The notes under the pieces were generated by a model. It made no database searches, had not been told where the DNA came from, and saw nothing but the letters and a program-made list of their open reading frames with translations. 64,000 nucleotides of DNA from Paramoeba atlantica. Taxonomy: Eukaryota > Protista > Discosea. Where the stretch lies: the NCBI GenBank assembly GCA_977017575.1, contig CDRNVI010000002.1:806001-870000 (forward strand), given 5' to 3'. The translations under genes and the position numbers were made by a program. Below are positions 1-10,002 of this stretch, one piece after another. Within the stretch, counting starts at the first letter, position 1. The number at the start of each line of letters is the position of its first letter.

Positions 1-258
1 GGGGTCACGGCGATGGGTTCTGGGCTGGCGTGTGCGTCGGGGACTTTTTTTATGGGGACAGCGCAAGGGGAGGTGTGGACGTGGGGGAGTGGGAGTGGGG
101 AGGTTGCGCGGTTGGAAAAGGGAGTGGAGTTGGGGGGTAGGGAGGATCGGTCAGCGATTACCACCGTTGTGGTGCCCTCGATGGCGTGTGGGGGTGGGCA
201 GCACGTGATGACGTTCTCGGAGAGTACGCAGGCGACGGTGTATGAAGTGCGAACGTAG
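1..258 (+). CDS. 3' end of a gene entering from the left; RCC1/beta-propeller-like repeat
   Basis: Frame is open from base 1 (GVTA before the M at 13). GEVWTWGSG and ACGGGQHVM resemble RCC1-repeat motifs. Strongly G-rich strand. Confidence 0.4.
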   Translation, partial: GVTAMGSGLACASGTFFMGTAQGEVWTWGSGSGEVARLEKGVELGGREDRSAITTVVVPSMACGGGQHVMTFSESTQATVYEVRT

Positions 259-455
259 TATGAGGCGGAGATAAAACCAACCCCTACAGATGGAGTTAAA
301 AAAATATTGATAGAAAGCCGTTACAAAACATGGTTATAGGACGTACGATTTACATACGAAAAAGTGATTACTGACAGCAATAATGGTGTTTACAAGATGC
401 ATACACTATTCAAATCTCGTGTCAGTAGAACACTTTTTTCCTTGTATACCGTAGT

Positions 456-1100
456 ATGACTGATGTCAATTCTTCTTTATGTTCGTTCTGTGGTGCGCAG
501 GGCATTTTTTCATTTTGTTTGAAGTGTCCGGGGGGCGGATACTGCAGCACGGTATGTCTCACAATGCACGAAGAAAGGGTTCACTTCGTTGAAGAGGACG
601 ACCCCGAGCTAACTGATAGTGACAGTTTTGATGAAGTTGCCTCGGAAAGTAGCACCACGTGTAAATCCGAAGCCGGCCGAATACCATTAATTTCATCAAA
701 CGTGTCAGTGGAGTCAAGTTTGCACTCTTCAAAAGATTCTGATGATGATTCAGTAAAGGATTTATCACAACCCGAAGCAACGTGCGCGAAAATTGTCGAA
801 GAGGGATCTTATGTAACAGAAAAGGAGGTATGTGCTACGCCAGCGCCGAAAGAGGCGGAAACAAACAGCTTGACTTCTGGCAGGGAAATTGAGGGTTTAC
901 TGACACGTCGACAACTTCACGCTCTGGCTTCTGACTCAAGAATCCGAAATGAGGTTCGAACGCCAGAACTTCAGACTCTCTTAAAGACGATAGACTCCAG
1001 TCGCAGCCGCCTTGATGTGTTAGAAACTGCAGAATATAATATACCTGAGTTTTCAGAATTCTTGAGGCACGTTTCACAGGCAATATACATGCACCCATAG
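456..1100 (+). CDS. ZNHIT3: HIT-type zinc finger protein (Hit1/ZNHIT3-like, box C/D snoRNP assembly)
   Basis: N-terminal CxxC..CxxC..YCSxxC..H zf-HIT. C-terminal LQTLLKTIDSS...PEFSEF helix block is typical of Hit1/ZNHIT3. Confidence 0.65.
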   Translation: MTDVNSSLCSFCGAQGIFSFCLKCPGGGYCSTVCLTMHEERVHFVEEDDPELTDSDSFDEVASESSTTCKSEAGRIPLISSNVSVESSLHSSKDSDDDSVKDLSQPEATCAKIVEEGSYVTEKEVCATPAPKEAETNSLTSGREIEGLLTRRQLHALASDSRIRNEVRTPELQTLLKTIDSSRSRLDVLETAEYNIPEFSEFLRHVSQAIYMHP

Positions 1101-1315
1101 TGTTACCCCAAATTCGGAATTGTTGACTTCTTAATCTTGATTTTTCTGTATATAAGCGGAACAGTACACTTACGTAAATTCTAAATTCTAATTTAAGATT
1201 CGTGAGTAATTTTTACTTTTCTCATATCGAAATTGCCACATTTGCAGGATGTTGTTTTGAAAGGACGGGTGTTATGTATATTCGTATTAATCTATGAAAA
1301 AAATACAGCAAGCAC

Positions 1316-2002
1316 ATGATCCATCCTTTTTGCTTCTCTGACAACCAAAAATCGTCGGAAAAATGCTCAGGAGCTGTTCTTCCACTGGAATATGATTTAA
1401 TGAGACTCGTACAACACGTCGAAAATCCTCATATTTCTTGGCATACCGGTACACCTGGATGTGAGTGGCGAGGCATAAACTGTAACAACAAGAATAGCGT
1501 TCTCTATATTAAGTGGTCCTTCTTGAAACTGGGAGGAAAACTAAATTTGAAATACTTACCCCCACGACTGGTGAAGTTGGATGCTTCTTCGAACAACTTG
1601 TATGGCGAGTTTTTATTTGGGGACCTGCCTCCGAGTTTAGAATACCTTATGGTACCCCACAATAAATTTTCTGGAACTCCGATGCTTCATCTTTTGCCGC
1701 CATCTTTGAAGGCAATCGAAATTAACAACAACAATTTTGGTGGTCGTATCATTTTTAGTGTACTTCCTGTATCCTTATGCGAAGTGAATGTAAGCTACAA
1801 TAAGAACTTGGAGGGAACGCTAGATATCAAATGTCATGTGAAAGATTTGTGCTATAATGTTGAAGGGACACGAATCAAAGTATGCAACGGTCCAATGAGA
1901 ACTGCGTCGGTAGTCAACCCTGTACCGGATTCCGAAGCTATGAATGCAGAAATTGAATCCATGGAGAGGGAAATGGAACGTCTAAAATGGCTACTGATCT
2001 AA
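1316..2002 (+). CDS. Small leucine-rich repeat protein (dispersed family member 1)
   Basis: W..GTPGCEWRGINC cap followed by LP..L..L.. LRR repeats; paralogous to four other LRR ORFs in the window. Confidence 0.8.
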   Translation: MIHPFCFSDNQKSSEKCSGAVLPLEYDLMRLVQHVENPHISWHTGTPGCEWRGINCNNKNSVLYIKWSFLKLGGKLNLKYLPPRLVKLDASSNNLYGEFLFGDLPPSLEYLMVPHNKFSGTPMLHLLPPSLKAIEINNNNFGGRIIFSVLPVSLCEVNVSYNKNLEGTLDIKCHVKDLCYNVEGTRIKVCNGPMRTASVVNPVPDSEAMNAEIESMEREMERLKWLLI

Positions 2003-2264
2003 TCTGAATTACCAATTCGATCTAGTCTGGGAATTTGATTGAGTCGTTTTGACATTCATTTGTTTATTTACTCTAGCCTCCCCCTTATCCTAATGTTGCC
2101 CGGGTATCCCCTTTATTTATTCTGCCAAACCGTGTAGCTTTAGGTAAACTTTGGGGTAGAGAGGAGAACAACTAAAAAAGGGTGCCGGTTTAGAAAGCAG
2201 TATTAGTCAATTGTTCAAAACTAAGTTTAGAATTATTATTGTTGTTTTCCTATTATAATATTCA

Positions 2265-2852
2265 ATGTCCGATGCACAATCCGCGGACGAGAGCTCGATG
2301 GTCTTTATTGCTAATTTACCTATTCGAGAACGCAAAGAAGAAACTCGAGAAAATTTATATTTTCTCTTCTCAGCGTACGGCGCAATAAAAGAAGTCATCT
2401 ACAGACGCCTTCCCGGTCGTCAGTGCTATGCTCATATAGTTTTTTATACTCCACGATCTGCACGAGCCGCTATTCGCGACCTGCAGGGATTTTCTTTTTT
2501 TGGTCAACAAATCAGAATAGAATTGTGTGGAAAAAGCAAATTTTCGGAACCACAAGGAATAGAGAGCAAAGGCGAAGAGGAGCAAGAGAACCCATTGCCT
2601 GTGAAAGAGAAAATGGAAGATGAATTTGCAGCTGAAAGTGGTGGTAAATTTGTGGTACATGTGACTTTTCCATCTTTACTTCAGCCTACGGATATTTTTA
2701 GCTCACTAAACGGATATCTAGGGATATTAGCGAGTAGGCAAATTGAACCTGCACTTTGCGAGGCTCGGGCAGAATTTCAAACATCCGAAAGTGCGCAAGA
2801 TGCCTTAATATTTCTTGAAGCAAATGAATTCAAGGCCTCTATAGTTCTATAA
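2265..2852 (+). CDS. U1A/U2B''-family snRNP protein with two RRMs
   Basis: VFIANL..RKEETRENLYFLFSAYGAI matches U1A/U2B'' RRM1; degenerate second RRM at the C-terminus. Confidence 0.7.
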   Translation: MSDAQSADESSMVFIANLPIRERKEETRENLYFLFSAYGAIKEVIYRRLPGRQCYAHIVFYTPRSARAAIRDLQGFSFFGQQIRIELCGKSKFSEPQGIESKGEEEQENPLPVKEKMEDEFAAESGGKFVVHVTFPSLLQPTDIFSSLNGYLGILASRQIEPALCEARAEFQTSESAQDALIFLEANEFKASIVL

Positions 2853-3039
2853 AACAAGAGGGTCCTTTTAAGTAAACTTTTTTTCTTGAGCTGCTAATCC
2901 TGGAAGAGGAGCCACCTAAACAATATGAAAAGTGCAACATACAAGTAGTTTATGCCTCAGAACACCCTTGATGTTTATACCTTAAACTTCTTGGTTATAC
3001 CTCAAACTATTACGATTCTACTATTAAAATTTATGCATC

Positions 3040-4173
3040 ATGATTCACCGAACCGCTTGTCAATGGATCAAAACCATTAAGCCAGCGAACATGCAGCGTC
3101 CCCGTCACTATGACGGACTTTCAAAGATGTGGGCTGGGCGAGATACAAACATGAAGTGGACCGAGTACTACGACGGCTACACAGACGACTACGGTACCTT
3201 TAAGGAAGGCGCACCTACCTCCCTACGTCTGGAGTACATTCGCTCTCCAGAGCATAAAACCTCAAACCTAGAGTTCCTTCGCTATCTATGGTCTCCGTTC
3301 GAGGTTGGTAGAGACAAAGCCAATTACTCTCCTCTTTTCTGGGACCGGCAAAGTTACGGCAACAGAGACATGGAAGGTCACGCACGAGGTCTAGCCCCCG
3401 GTGAGCCCAAGCGCAACTGTGTCGGAATGAAAACCAAACGAGAGGTACCCATGGGAGGCAGTCGATACTCTGTGAACTACAAGCCGCTGCATCGAATTCC
3501 GAAGTGGCTTGCGTACATTGTACACGACCGCGAACGAAAACGTTTGCTGGGATTCTTTCTGTACAGCAACGGGTGTTACGTTGCGGAGCTACTGACGTAC
3601 AAACAGATTCCCCGGCTTGTGTACAACAAGTATTTTCAAAAGTACATCCCGACTCTGGGGCAGACCGTCGAGCTCCGTCAAATTACCTATGGTAAGGAAT
3701 TCCACTCGCTGGAGTGGTACCCAGGGGGTGGAGCAAGCATGGTACGAGCGGCCGGGACCTCGGCTGTGATCCTACGCGGAACGGAACCAAATTTGGTACC
3801 TGTGCTGCTACCGAGCACGGAGGTTCGATTATTCGAGGATAACTGTCACTGCGTGTTTGGACGGCGTGCCGGGGTCATGCAGCGCTACACCCGTTTCGGG
3901 GGATTTCGCACTCGTATAGGAATTCGTATGGTGCGACCTCGGAGCAAGAAGAACCAAGTGAAAATGGACCAGCACCCCGCAGGAGGGGGGAATGGCTCCA
4001 AGTGGCATTTAATTTTTCCACTGGATTACCGCATTCACCCAGTGTCACAGAAAACGAAGCATTGGCTCTCGTCGTATATTTTGCGAGGACGATTGTACAA
4101 CAAGCATATGTCGATTGCTGAAATCAAGGAGAAAACGTACGGGTGGAAAAGTCGCGATCCAGTTTATCGATGA
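3040..4173 (+). CDS. MRPL2: Mitochondrial ribosomal protein uL2m (divergent)
   Basis: YIRSPEHK, VRAAGTSAVI and MDQHPAGGGNG correspond to L2 signature motifs (e.g. DHPHGGGEG). Confidence 0.8.
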   Translation: MIHRTACQWIKTIKPANMQRPRHYDGLSKMWAGRDTNMKWTEYYDGYTDDYGTFKEGAPTSLRLEYIRSPEHKTSNLEFLRYLWSPFEVGRDKANYSPLFWDRQSYGNRDMEGHARGLAPGEPKRNCVGMKTKREVPMGGSRYSVNYKPLHRIPKWLAYIVHDRERKRLLGFFLYSNGCYVAELLTYKQIPRLVYNKYFQKYIPTLGQTVELRQITYGKEFHSLEWYPGGGASMVRAAGTSAVILRGTEPNLVPVLLPSTEVRLFEDNCHCVFGRRAGVMQRYTRFGGFRTRIGIRMVRPRSKKNQVKMDQHPAGGGNGSKWHLIFPLDYRIHPVSQKTKHWLSSYILRGRLYNKHMSIAEIKEKTYGWKSRDPVYR

Positions 4174-4354
4174 ACTGCTTCTTTTCTAAGATTTCTTGTA
4201 GATAGTTTAGGTTTTTTAAATATTTCTGTTCTACATGTACGTGTGGTCTTCACATGCTCGACTGCGAAATGTCGAATATTTTTTGAAAGCATTTTTTCGT
4301 TTACCCCTTTTTAGGAAAGATTGCGATTCACATACTACAGCAATCACTTACATT

Positions 4355-6067
4355 ATGATGACTGCACCATCTCCCACTGTCGACAGTTCCCTGCTCGATG
4401 ACGCACTAAGCTCTGCGCTTCATAATTTATACCCCACCGGTCCACCCAAGCGCAATACCGAAAACTTACCCCCCAGCGAGCCCCCAGATAAAGCTATCCC
4501 TCGGGTTAAAATCGCCTCACGACCTCCCCCCAAGGAGGAACCTCCCCACACCTCGCCCCCCGAGACCTGTTGCCTCCACATCCCCACCCTGGAACCCGGA
4601 GTCACGGACCAAACCCTCTTCGAGGCCTTTGCCCCGTTCCACGCCCTTGACGCCTTTGTCATCCAAGACCCCGCACTCTACACCTTCCCCACCTCCACCA
4701 GTCCCCCCACCTCCCCTCCCCCTCCCACCCCCACCCCACCCGCCGGCATCCTCCTCTTCCGTGACCCCACCACCGCCGCCGCCGCCGCCGAACGCGTCTC
4801 CCTCACCGGCCTCGTCCCCTCCCCCCCCTCCTCCCCCCCTCCCCCCCTCCCCGAGCTCGCGCGCTCCCCCCCCGCCTCCGCCCTCCGCACCCCCCTCGGT
4901 TGCGCCCACCGCGGCTGCCGCACCCTCCTCTGCATCCTGCTCCACTCCCCGCACCACACCCAGGGCGCCACCGCGGAGGTGCTCTCCGCGCTCGAGGACC
5001 CCCGCCACGCCGCGGCCATCCTCGCCCACCCGCGGTTCGTCTCCCCCGGGCTCGGCTCCGTCGTCGCGCGCGCCCGCCCCGAGCTCCGCCCCCACCTCAC
5101 CCGCGAGCTCCTCACCACGCTGCTCCGCGAGGACAGCGCCGAGGGCTACGTCGCGGAGGCCATGGCGCTCTGGGGGGAGCTCTTCGCCCGGGGGTGCTTC
5201 CGCGGGGTCAGCACCCCCGGGCGCGTGCTCGAGGCCGTGCTGGAGTCCGGGGTGGGGCTCACCCGGAAACGGGTAAAGGGGTTGTGTGGGTTGGTGGCCC
5301 GCACGACACGGGAGGGGTGGGAGGGGGAGGCTGTGGAGGGGGTGCTGCGGAGGTTAAGGGGGCGGAGTGTGGAGCCGGAGGGGAAGGAGGCGTTGGTGGA
5401 GCTGTGTAGGTTGTTGCGGGAGAGGGGGAGGGGGGAGAGGGGGGAGGGATCGAGGGGGGGTGGGAGGGGAACGCATGGGGGTCAAAAGCAAGGGGGGTCG
5501 GGGGAGGGGAAGGAGGGAGGGGGGGTTCATACGCAGCGGAAGCCCTCGTCCTCGTCGTCTTCCTCCTCTGCGGGTGGTGCAACGCCTCTTGCAGCCTCGC
5601 TCGGTACCCCTGCGGTGGTTGTGCTCACGAACAACACAAAGCTCACCTGCGCGCTGTGCTCCGCAAGGGCAAAGGTACGGTGCACGGAATGTGAAAAGAA
5701 TTTCTGTGCGGAATGCCAGAAGTACGACGTCCAGATTCATGATTGCCTGTCCCGTACCGTGTACGTTAGCAAGCTGGACCCCTCCGTAACGGCCTCGGAG
5801 TTTCGAGAAATTCTTGATCGATTTGGCACGGTCGCAAAAGTACGACTCTGTGGTGACCCCACGCAACGCAGCTTGTATGCTTTCATAGAGTTTACAACTG
5901 CGGCAGCAGCGCGTAAACTTCTTCAAGCTGACAAACAAATGATACGGAGCCTTAGTTGGCGGTGTTTACCCGCTCGTCAGCCTATCCATGACCACAACGA
6001 AGAAGATCAATCCGGTAAGTCACGGATCTGCACCTTTGGACTTTCTTCTGAAGCAGCCGCTCAATGA
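4355..6067 (+). CDS. Multi-domain RNA-binding protein: degenerate RRM, helical (MIF4G-like) region, Cys-rich zinc finger, C-terminal RRM
   Basis: C-terminal RTVYVSKLD...VRLCGDP..YAFIEF RRM; CxxC-x5-CxxC-x3-FCxxC finger; N-terminal LEPGVTDQTLFEAFAPF RRM-like. First plausible ATG is 4355 (ORF track starts at 4235). Confidence 0.65.
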   Translation: MMTAPSPTVDSSLLDDALSSALHNLYPTGPPKRNTENLPPSEPPDKAIPRVKIASRPPPKEEPPHTSPPETCCLHIPTLEPGVTDQTLFEAFAPFHALDAFVIQDPALYTFPTSTSPPTSPPPPTPTPPAGILLFRDPTTAAAAAERVSLTGLVPSPPSSPPPPLPELARSPPASALRTPLGCAHRGCRTLLCILLHSPHHTQGATAEVLSALEDPRHAAAILAHPRFVSPGLGSVVARARPELRPHLTRELLTTLLREDSAEGYVAEAMALWGELFARGCFRGVSTPGRVLEAVLESGVGLTRKRVKGLCGLVARTTREGWEGEAVEGVLRRLRGRSVEPEGKEALVELCRLLRERGRGERGEGSRGGGRGTHGGQKQGGSGEGKEGGGVHTQRKPSSSSSSSSAGGATPLAASLGTPAVVVLTNNTKLTCALCSARAKVRCTECEKNFCAECQKYDVQIHDCLSRTVYVSKLDPSVTASEFREILDRFGTVAKVRLCGDPTQRSLYAFIEFTTAAAARKLLQADKQMIRSLSWRCLPARQPIHDHNEEDQSGKSRICTFGLSSEAAAQ

Positions 6068-6431
6068 TTCTTGCTGCTACTCAACCTGTGCGAAAGGAAA
6101 AAAAACGAATAGAACACGGCGGGTAGTACATTCGATCATTTTAATTATCAACGTGAATGATTTTGCCAACAGAGATACAATGATTGGTTATCATCTAAGT
6201 TTGGACTCTCTTGTATTGTTTATGGAATATATTCTACGTATTGATGCATTCATATGCATTTAGTAAAAAAAATAGTAATGCCATTAATACATTATGAACC
6301 TTGATCTTCTGAAAGTTTTTTTCTCACCACTGTGATAGGACTAATCCTTTCACCAGTACATTAGCTAGTCTTTTACGTTAGTGAATTTTATTTGTCTTCA
6401 GACACACTTTAAGTCTTACACTTTTTTACAC

Positions 6432-6842
6432 ATGACTGCGCAGCATACCACTATGAGTAAATCTTCTAGGGGGAGACCTCGCATGCCCAAAACTCCACCA
6501 ACGACAATGGATGATGATCCTCCAAAGCAAGAAGAGGAGCAATTAGAGGAATCTACAAAACCTGCGCCCAAAAAGCGCTTTGAAATTGTCAAATGGAATG
6601 CCGTAGCACTATGGTCGTGGGATATTACCGTCGACACCTGTGCCATATGTCGCAATCACATTATGGATTTATGCATTGACTGTCAGGCTAAAGCACAACC
6701 CACGACGCATAACGAGTGTACCGTGGCGTGGGGCAAGTGCAACCATGCTTACCACTTTCACTGCATCTCTAGGTGGCTACGAACCCGCAATGTATGTCCT
6801 TTGGATAATCGAGACTGGGAATTTAAGAAATACGGCAGGTAA
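6432..6842 (+). CDS. RBX1: RING-box protein 1 (cullin-RING ligase subunit)
   Basis: [60 protein letters not shown] is canonical RBX1. Confidence 0.95.
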   Translation: MTAQHTTMSKSSRGRPRMPKTPPTTMDDDPPKQEEEQLEESTKPAPKKRFEIVKWNAVALWSWDITVDTCAICRNHIMDLCIDCQAKAQPTTHNECTVAWGKCNHAYHFHCISRWLRTRNVCPLDNRDWEFKKYGR

Positions 6843-7226
6843 AGATCGTCTGAATCATAGCAGTGTGTTTAAAAGTGGTTCCCAGTTTTCTAATTATTCA
6901 CTTATCAATAGTTCTCTAGGGTTAGAGCATCGGATGATATTCAATGTAAGGGTAGACGTTCTCATGTACATGTAAATTGAGGTTATTCCCCTTTTTGGTG
7001 AACTTTTAAGCATTTGCGGCTTTATTTATTCTTGTTGATTCAAAAGCTTTATACTTTTGAAGTGGATTGTCTTGAAGTTTTATTTGCATTCGAACTTATA
7101 GTGGAAATTTTTCGATGTCCGGTCTTTCGGTATTCACCTTCAGGTCTAGGAAAGCGATTCAGGAACGCTTCCTGCATATACATCACGGTATAGGGAAATA
7201 GTAATTCATTGGGCTCCTCCGCACTT

Positions 7227-9926
7227 ATGCTCCGTCTTGCGACTATTTTGTGCTCGTTGTGCTTTTTATCCATCGGTTTATTTACCAGAGGTTTCTTGCT
7301 AAGCAGAGAAACTCTCTTAGGATATAATCAATCTAGCCCTTCCGTTCCACGACTTGTGGATCGAGTTGTGATTATTCTGGTAGATGCACTTCGTCCTGAC
7401 TTTATTTTCCCTAATATTCGATCTCATCCCCCTGGGGCTTCAGTTCGTCCTCACTCCCTTTCCTACATTTCCGATGCTCTACGTTCGAAGTCCAACGTCG
7501 CCGGGTTTGCTTTTGTTGCGGACCCGCCCACCACCACAGCCCAGCGACTTAAATCCCTCACGTCCGGAACGTTTCCTACGTTTATTGAGGCCGGTCAGAA
7601 TTTTGATTCTGCTGTGCTCCGCGAAGACAACATCATCGCTCAACTTAAGCAACAGAATATTTCACGTGCGGTTTTGGGGGATGACACTTGGTTGAATTTA
7701 TTCCCCGAACCCATGTGGAATCGCACCCATGTGTATCCCAGTCTGGACGTCTACGATCTGCATACGGTAGATCGCGGAATTCTCTCCCATCTTTATCCAT
7801 TGTTGCAAAATGATCAACATGAATTTGTGGTGGCTCATTTTTTGGGTGTCGATCATGTAGGGCATCGATACGATGCGCGTCATCCAGAAATGTCATCAAA
7901 GTTGGCAGAAATTAATGAGTGTATTGAGAAAACGAGTGCCGTATTACAACAGGGTGAACAGGATTCTCTTTTGCTCGTGTTTGGAGATCATGGTATTACG
8001 GATAGTGGAGATCATGGAGGAGGCAGTGAAGACGAAGTCACTTCCTTTCTCTTTGCTGAATACTTTTTTAATACCAAAACGACGGAAACAGAAGTCCATA
8101 ACTCTATGAAAGGCAAGGATAATTCCGATAGCTCGAGAAATAAGACAGTCACACGTGCTAACAATAATTCTCCTCTTCATGAAAGTACAGCACCAAAGCT
8201 AGAGACATTTCTAAGACAGATGCAACAACAGCGTCATACATATTACGACCCAGAAAACAGAACCTGGGATTATGAGGGTCGCGCGTTGAAGGGCACTGAG
8301 GTGTGTATTAACGGCACTATACCGTATGTGTACCAGGTAGATCTTGTTCCTACACTTGCCATGCTTTTCGGAATTCCTATACCTCAAAATAACATGGGTA
8401 GAATTATTCCAGAAATTTTAGCTTTCCCCATTTTTGCTCAATACACAGATGGCGTTGAAGTACTAGAAAATGCCTATCTGGATAACATCCATCAAGTATC
8501 GGAATGTTTGCGAAATTCTCATCATGCGGATGAGAAGTTAGAGTATTTATCTCAAAAATTATCTAACAATTCTGCTTTGCACGCAGAAAAATATGTTAAG
8601 CAGTCTAAAGATACGGAGTCCCTGTCTTTTTTGTTTGCTTGTGATTCTGCTTTACGAGAGGCATCCAGTCGTCTTCGACTTGAGTGGACTCATTATGATG
8701 AGAACCTGATGATTATAAGTCTTTCTGGGCTTGCAATTTGCTGGGCGGCCTCTTTTTTATGTTTGCTCCAAGTTTTACTACCAGACCATGATTTACGCGA
8801 CATACGAAACGTGAAAAGTGTTCGACTAAAAGGCTTTGCTCACACCATCATACTTGTTTCTCTATTGGTTTTTAAGTGCTTTTCCGCGTTGAGTAGTAGC
8901 CTCATAATAGAAGAATCGGCAGTGGTCTGGGCAGGAATGCAGTTAACATTGGTTGTTCTTGCTGCACACTGTTCTGTCCAAAGGAGTAAGGCGCTTACTG
9001 TTACTTTTGTTGCGCTATACTTGTTGCACTACGGAGTACCCGTGAGAACACACAGTCTGGCGCTGGCATCATCTGTTGTTAAACACGTAGAATACTTTTC
9101 ACCGCTTTTTCTTGCATGCAGCGGATATTTAACTTACTCTTTCTTGCACGACAAACATACCAAATTCTTGAACATTGTATGTGTCTGTATGCTTGGTTGT
9201 TATCGCTATTTCCGCTCCGAACCCGGATGCCAGGTGGCAATACTAAGTTCTAGAACTGCTCTGCTCCTTATAGTGATTTTGTTTTCCTTGTCGTTGCGTA
9301 ATCTTCGTAAAGGCTCGCAAGCCGCGTACGTCATTGTGAGTTCATGCATATATTTCGGAATCTTGGTATCTCAGCCCAAATATATTTTTTCGTACGCGCT
9401 CTACATTGTTTTTTTGAAATCTGTTCGAGAATGGAGCAAAGACTTTAGTGAAGTGAAGTTACGAAAAGATGATAAGAACTTGTTCCTTCTTGCCACTCCA
9501 ATACTCGCAGTCTATGTGAGCCACTATGGACTGTTTTTCGCAACAGGTCACCACACTGTTTTATCTACTTTGGACTGGACGTCTGCATATACAGCCATGG
9601 GGGAGTACAATTGGTACACGGGAATGTTTTTTGTGAGCAGCGAATCTTTTTTGGCTTATTTTGTCGGACCGATAGCAGCGACTGTCTTAGTTAGCGGCGT
9701 TTTTGAGTCATCTTATAGCAAAAAAATAGTGTCTCCATTTAGGATAGTAAGCCAAGTATTGTTGTTCAACTCTCTAGGATCTATATTCGGTGCAGCTCTC
9801 ACAATATGGTTACATCGTAGGCATCTGATGTTATGGGAAATTTTTACACCTTACTACATATACACCGTGATTGGAAATATCATGAGCATCGTCGTGACGC
9901 TTTTCTTCTTTGCGATTACAAGATGA
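7227..9926 (+). CDS. PIGO: GPI ethanolamine-phosphate transferase (PIG-O/GPI13 type)
   Basis: RGFLLSR, LVDALRPDF, ADPPTTTAQRLKSLTSGTFPTFIEAG, HFLGVDHVGH, GDHG motifs; multi-TM C-terminus with RRHLMLWEIFTP. Confidence 0.85.
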   Translation: MLRLATILCSLCFLSIGLFTRGFLLSRETLLGYNQSSPSVPRLVDRVVIILVDALRPDFIFPNIRSHPPGASVRPHSLSYISDALRSKSNVAGFAFVADPPTTTAQRLKSLTSGTFPTFIEAGQNFDSAVLREDNIIAQLKQQNISRAVLGDDTWLNLFPEPMWNRTHVYPSLDVYDLHTVDRGILSHLYPLLQNDQHEFVVAHFLGVDHVGHRYDARHPEMSSKLAEINECIEKTSAVLQQGEQDSLLLVFGDHGITDSGDHGGGSEDEVTSFLFAEYFFNTKTTETEVHNSMKGKDNSDSSRNKTVTRANNNSPLHESTAPKLETFLRQMQQQRHTYYDPENRTWDYEGRALKGTEVCINGTIPYVYQVDLVPTLAMLFGIPIPQNNMGRIIPEILAFPIFAQYTDGVEVLENAYLDNIHQVSECLRNSHHADEKLEYLSQKLSNNSALHAEKYVKQSKDTESLSFLFACDSALREASSRLRLEWTHYDENLMIISLSGLAICWAASFLCLLQVLLPDHDLRDIRNVKSVRLKGFAHTIILVSLLVFKCFSALSSSLIIEESAVVWAGMQLTLVVLAAHCSVQRSKALTVTFVALYLLHYGVPVRTHSLALASSVVKHVEYFSPLFLACSGYLTYSFLHDKHTKFLNIVCVCMLGCYRYFRSEPGCQVAILSSRTALLLIVILFSLSLRNLRKGSQAAYVIVSSCIYFGILVSQPKYIFSYALYIVFLKSVREWSKDFSEVKLRKDDKNLFLLATPILAVYVSHYGLFFATGHHTVLSTLDWTSAYTAMGEYNWYTGMFFVSSESFLAYFVGPIAATVLVSGVFESSYSKKIVSPFRIVSQVLLFNSLGSIFGAALTIWLHRRHLMLWEIFTPYYIYTVIGNIMSIVVTLFFFAITR

Positions 9927-10002
9927 AAGATTTTATCTAGACCTCTCCGCAGGATATCTTCTTGTTGATTCTTTGGATATATTTTTATTTCTGGTTTCTA
10001 TA

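Noticed and set aside
4420-5938. Many long overlapping alternate-frame and antisense ORFs (also at 25.9-26.4, 31.3-32.0 and 52.0-53.4 kb)
   Set aside because: Shadows of stop-poor C/G-skewed sequence; low-complexity translations with no domains.
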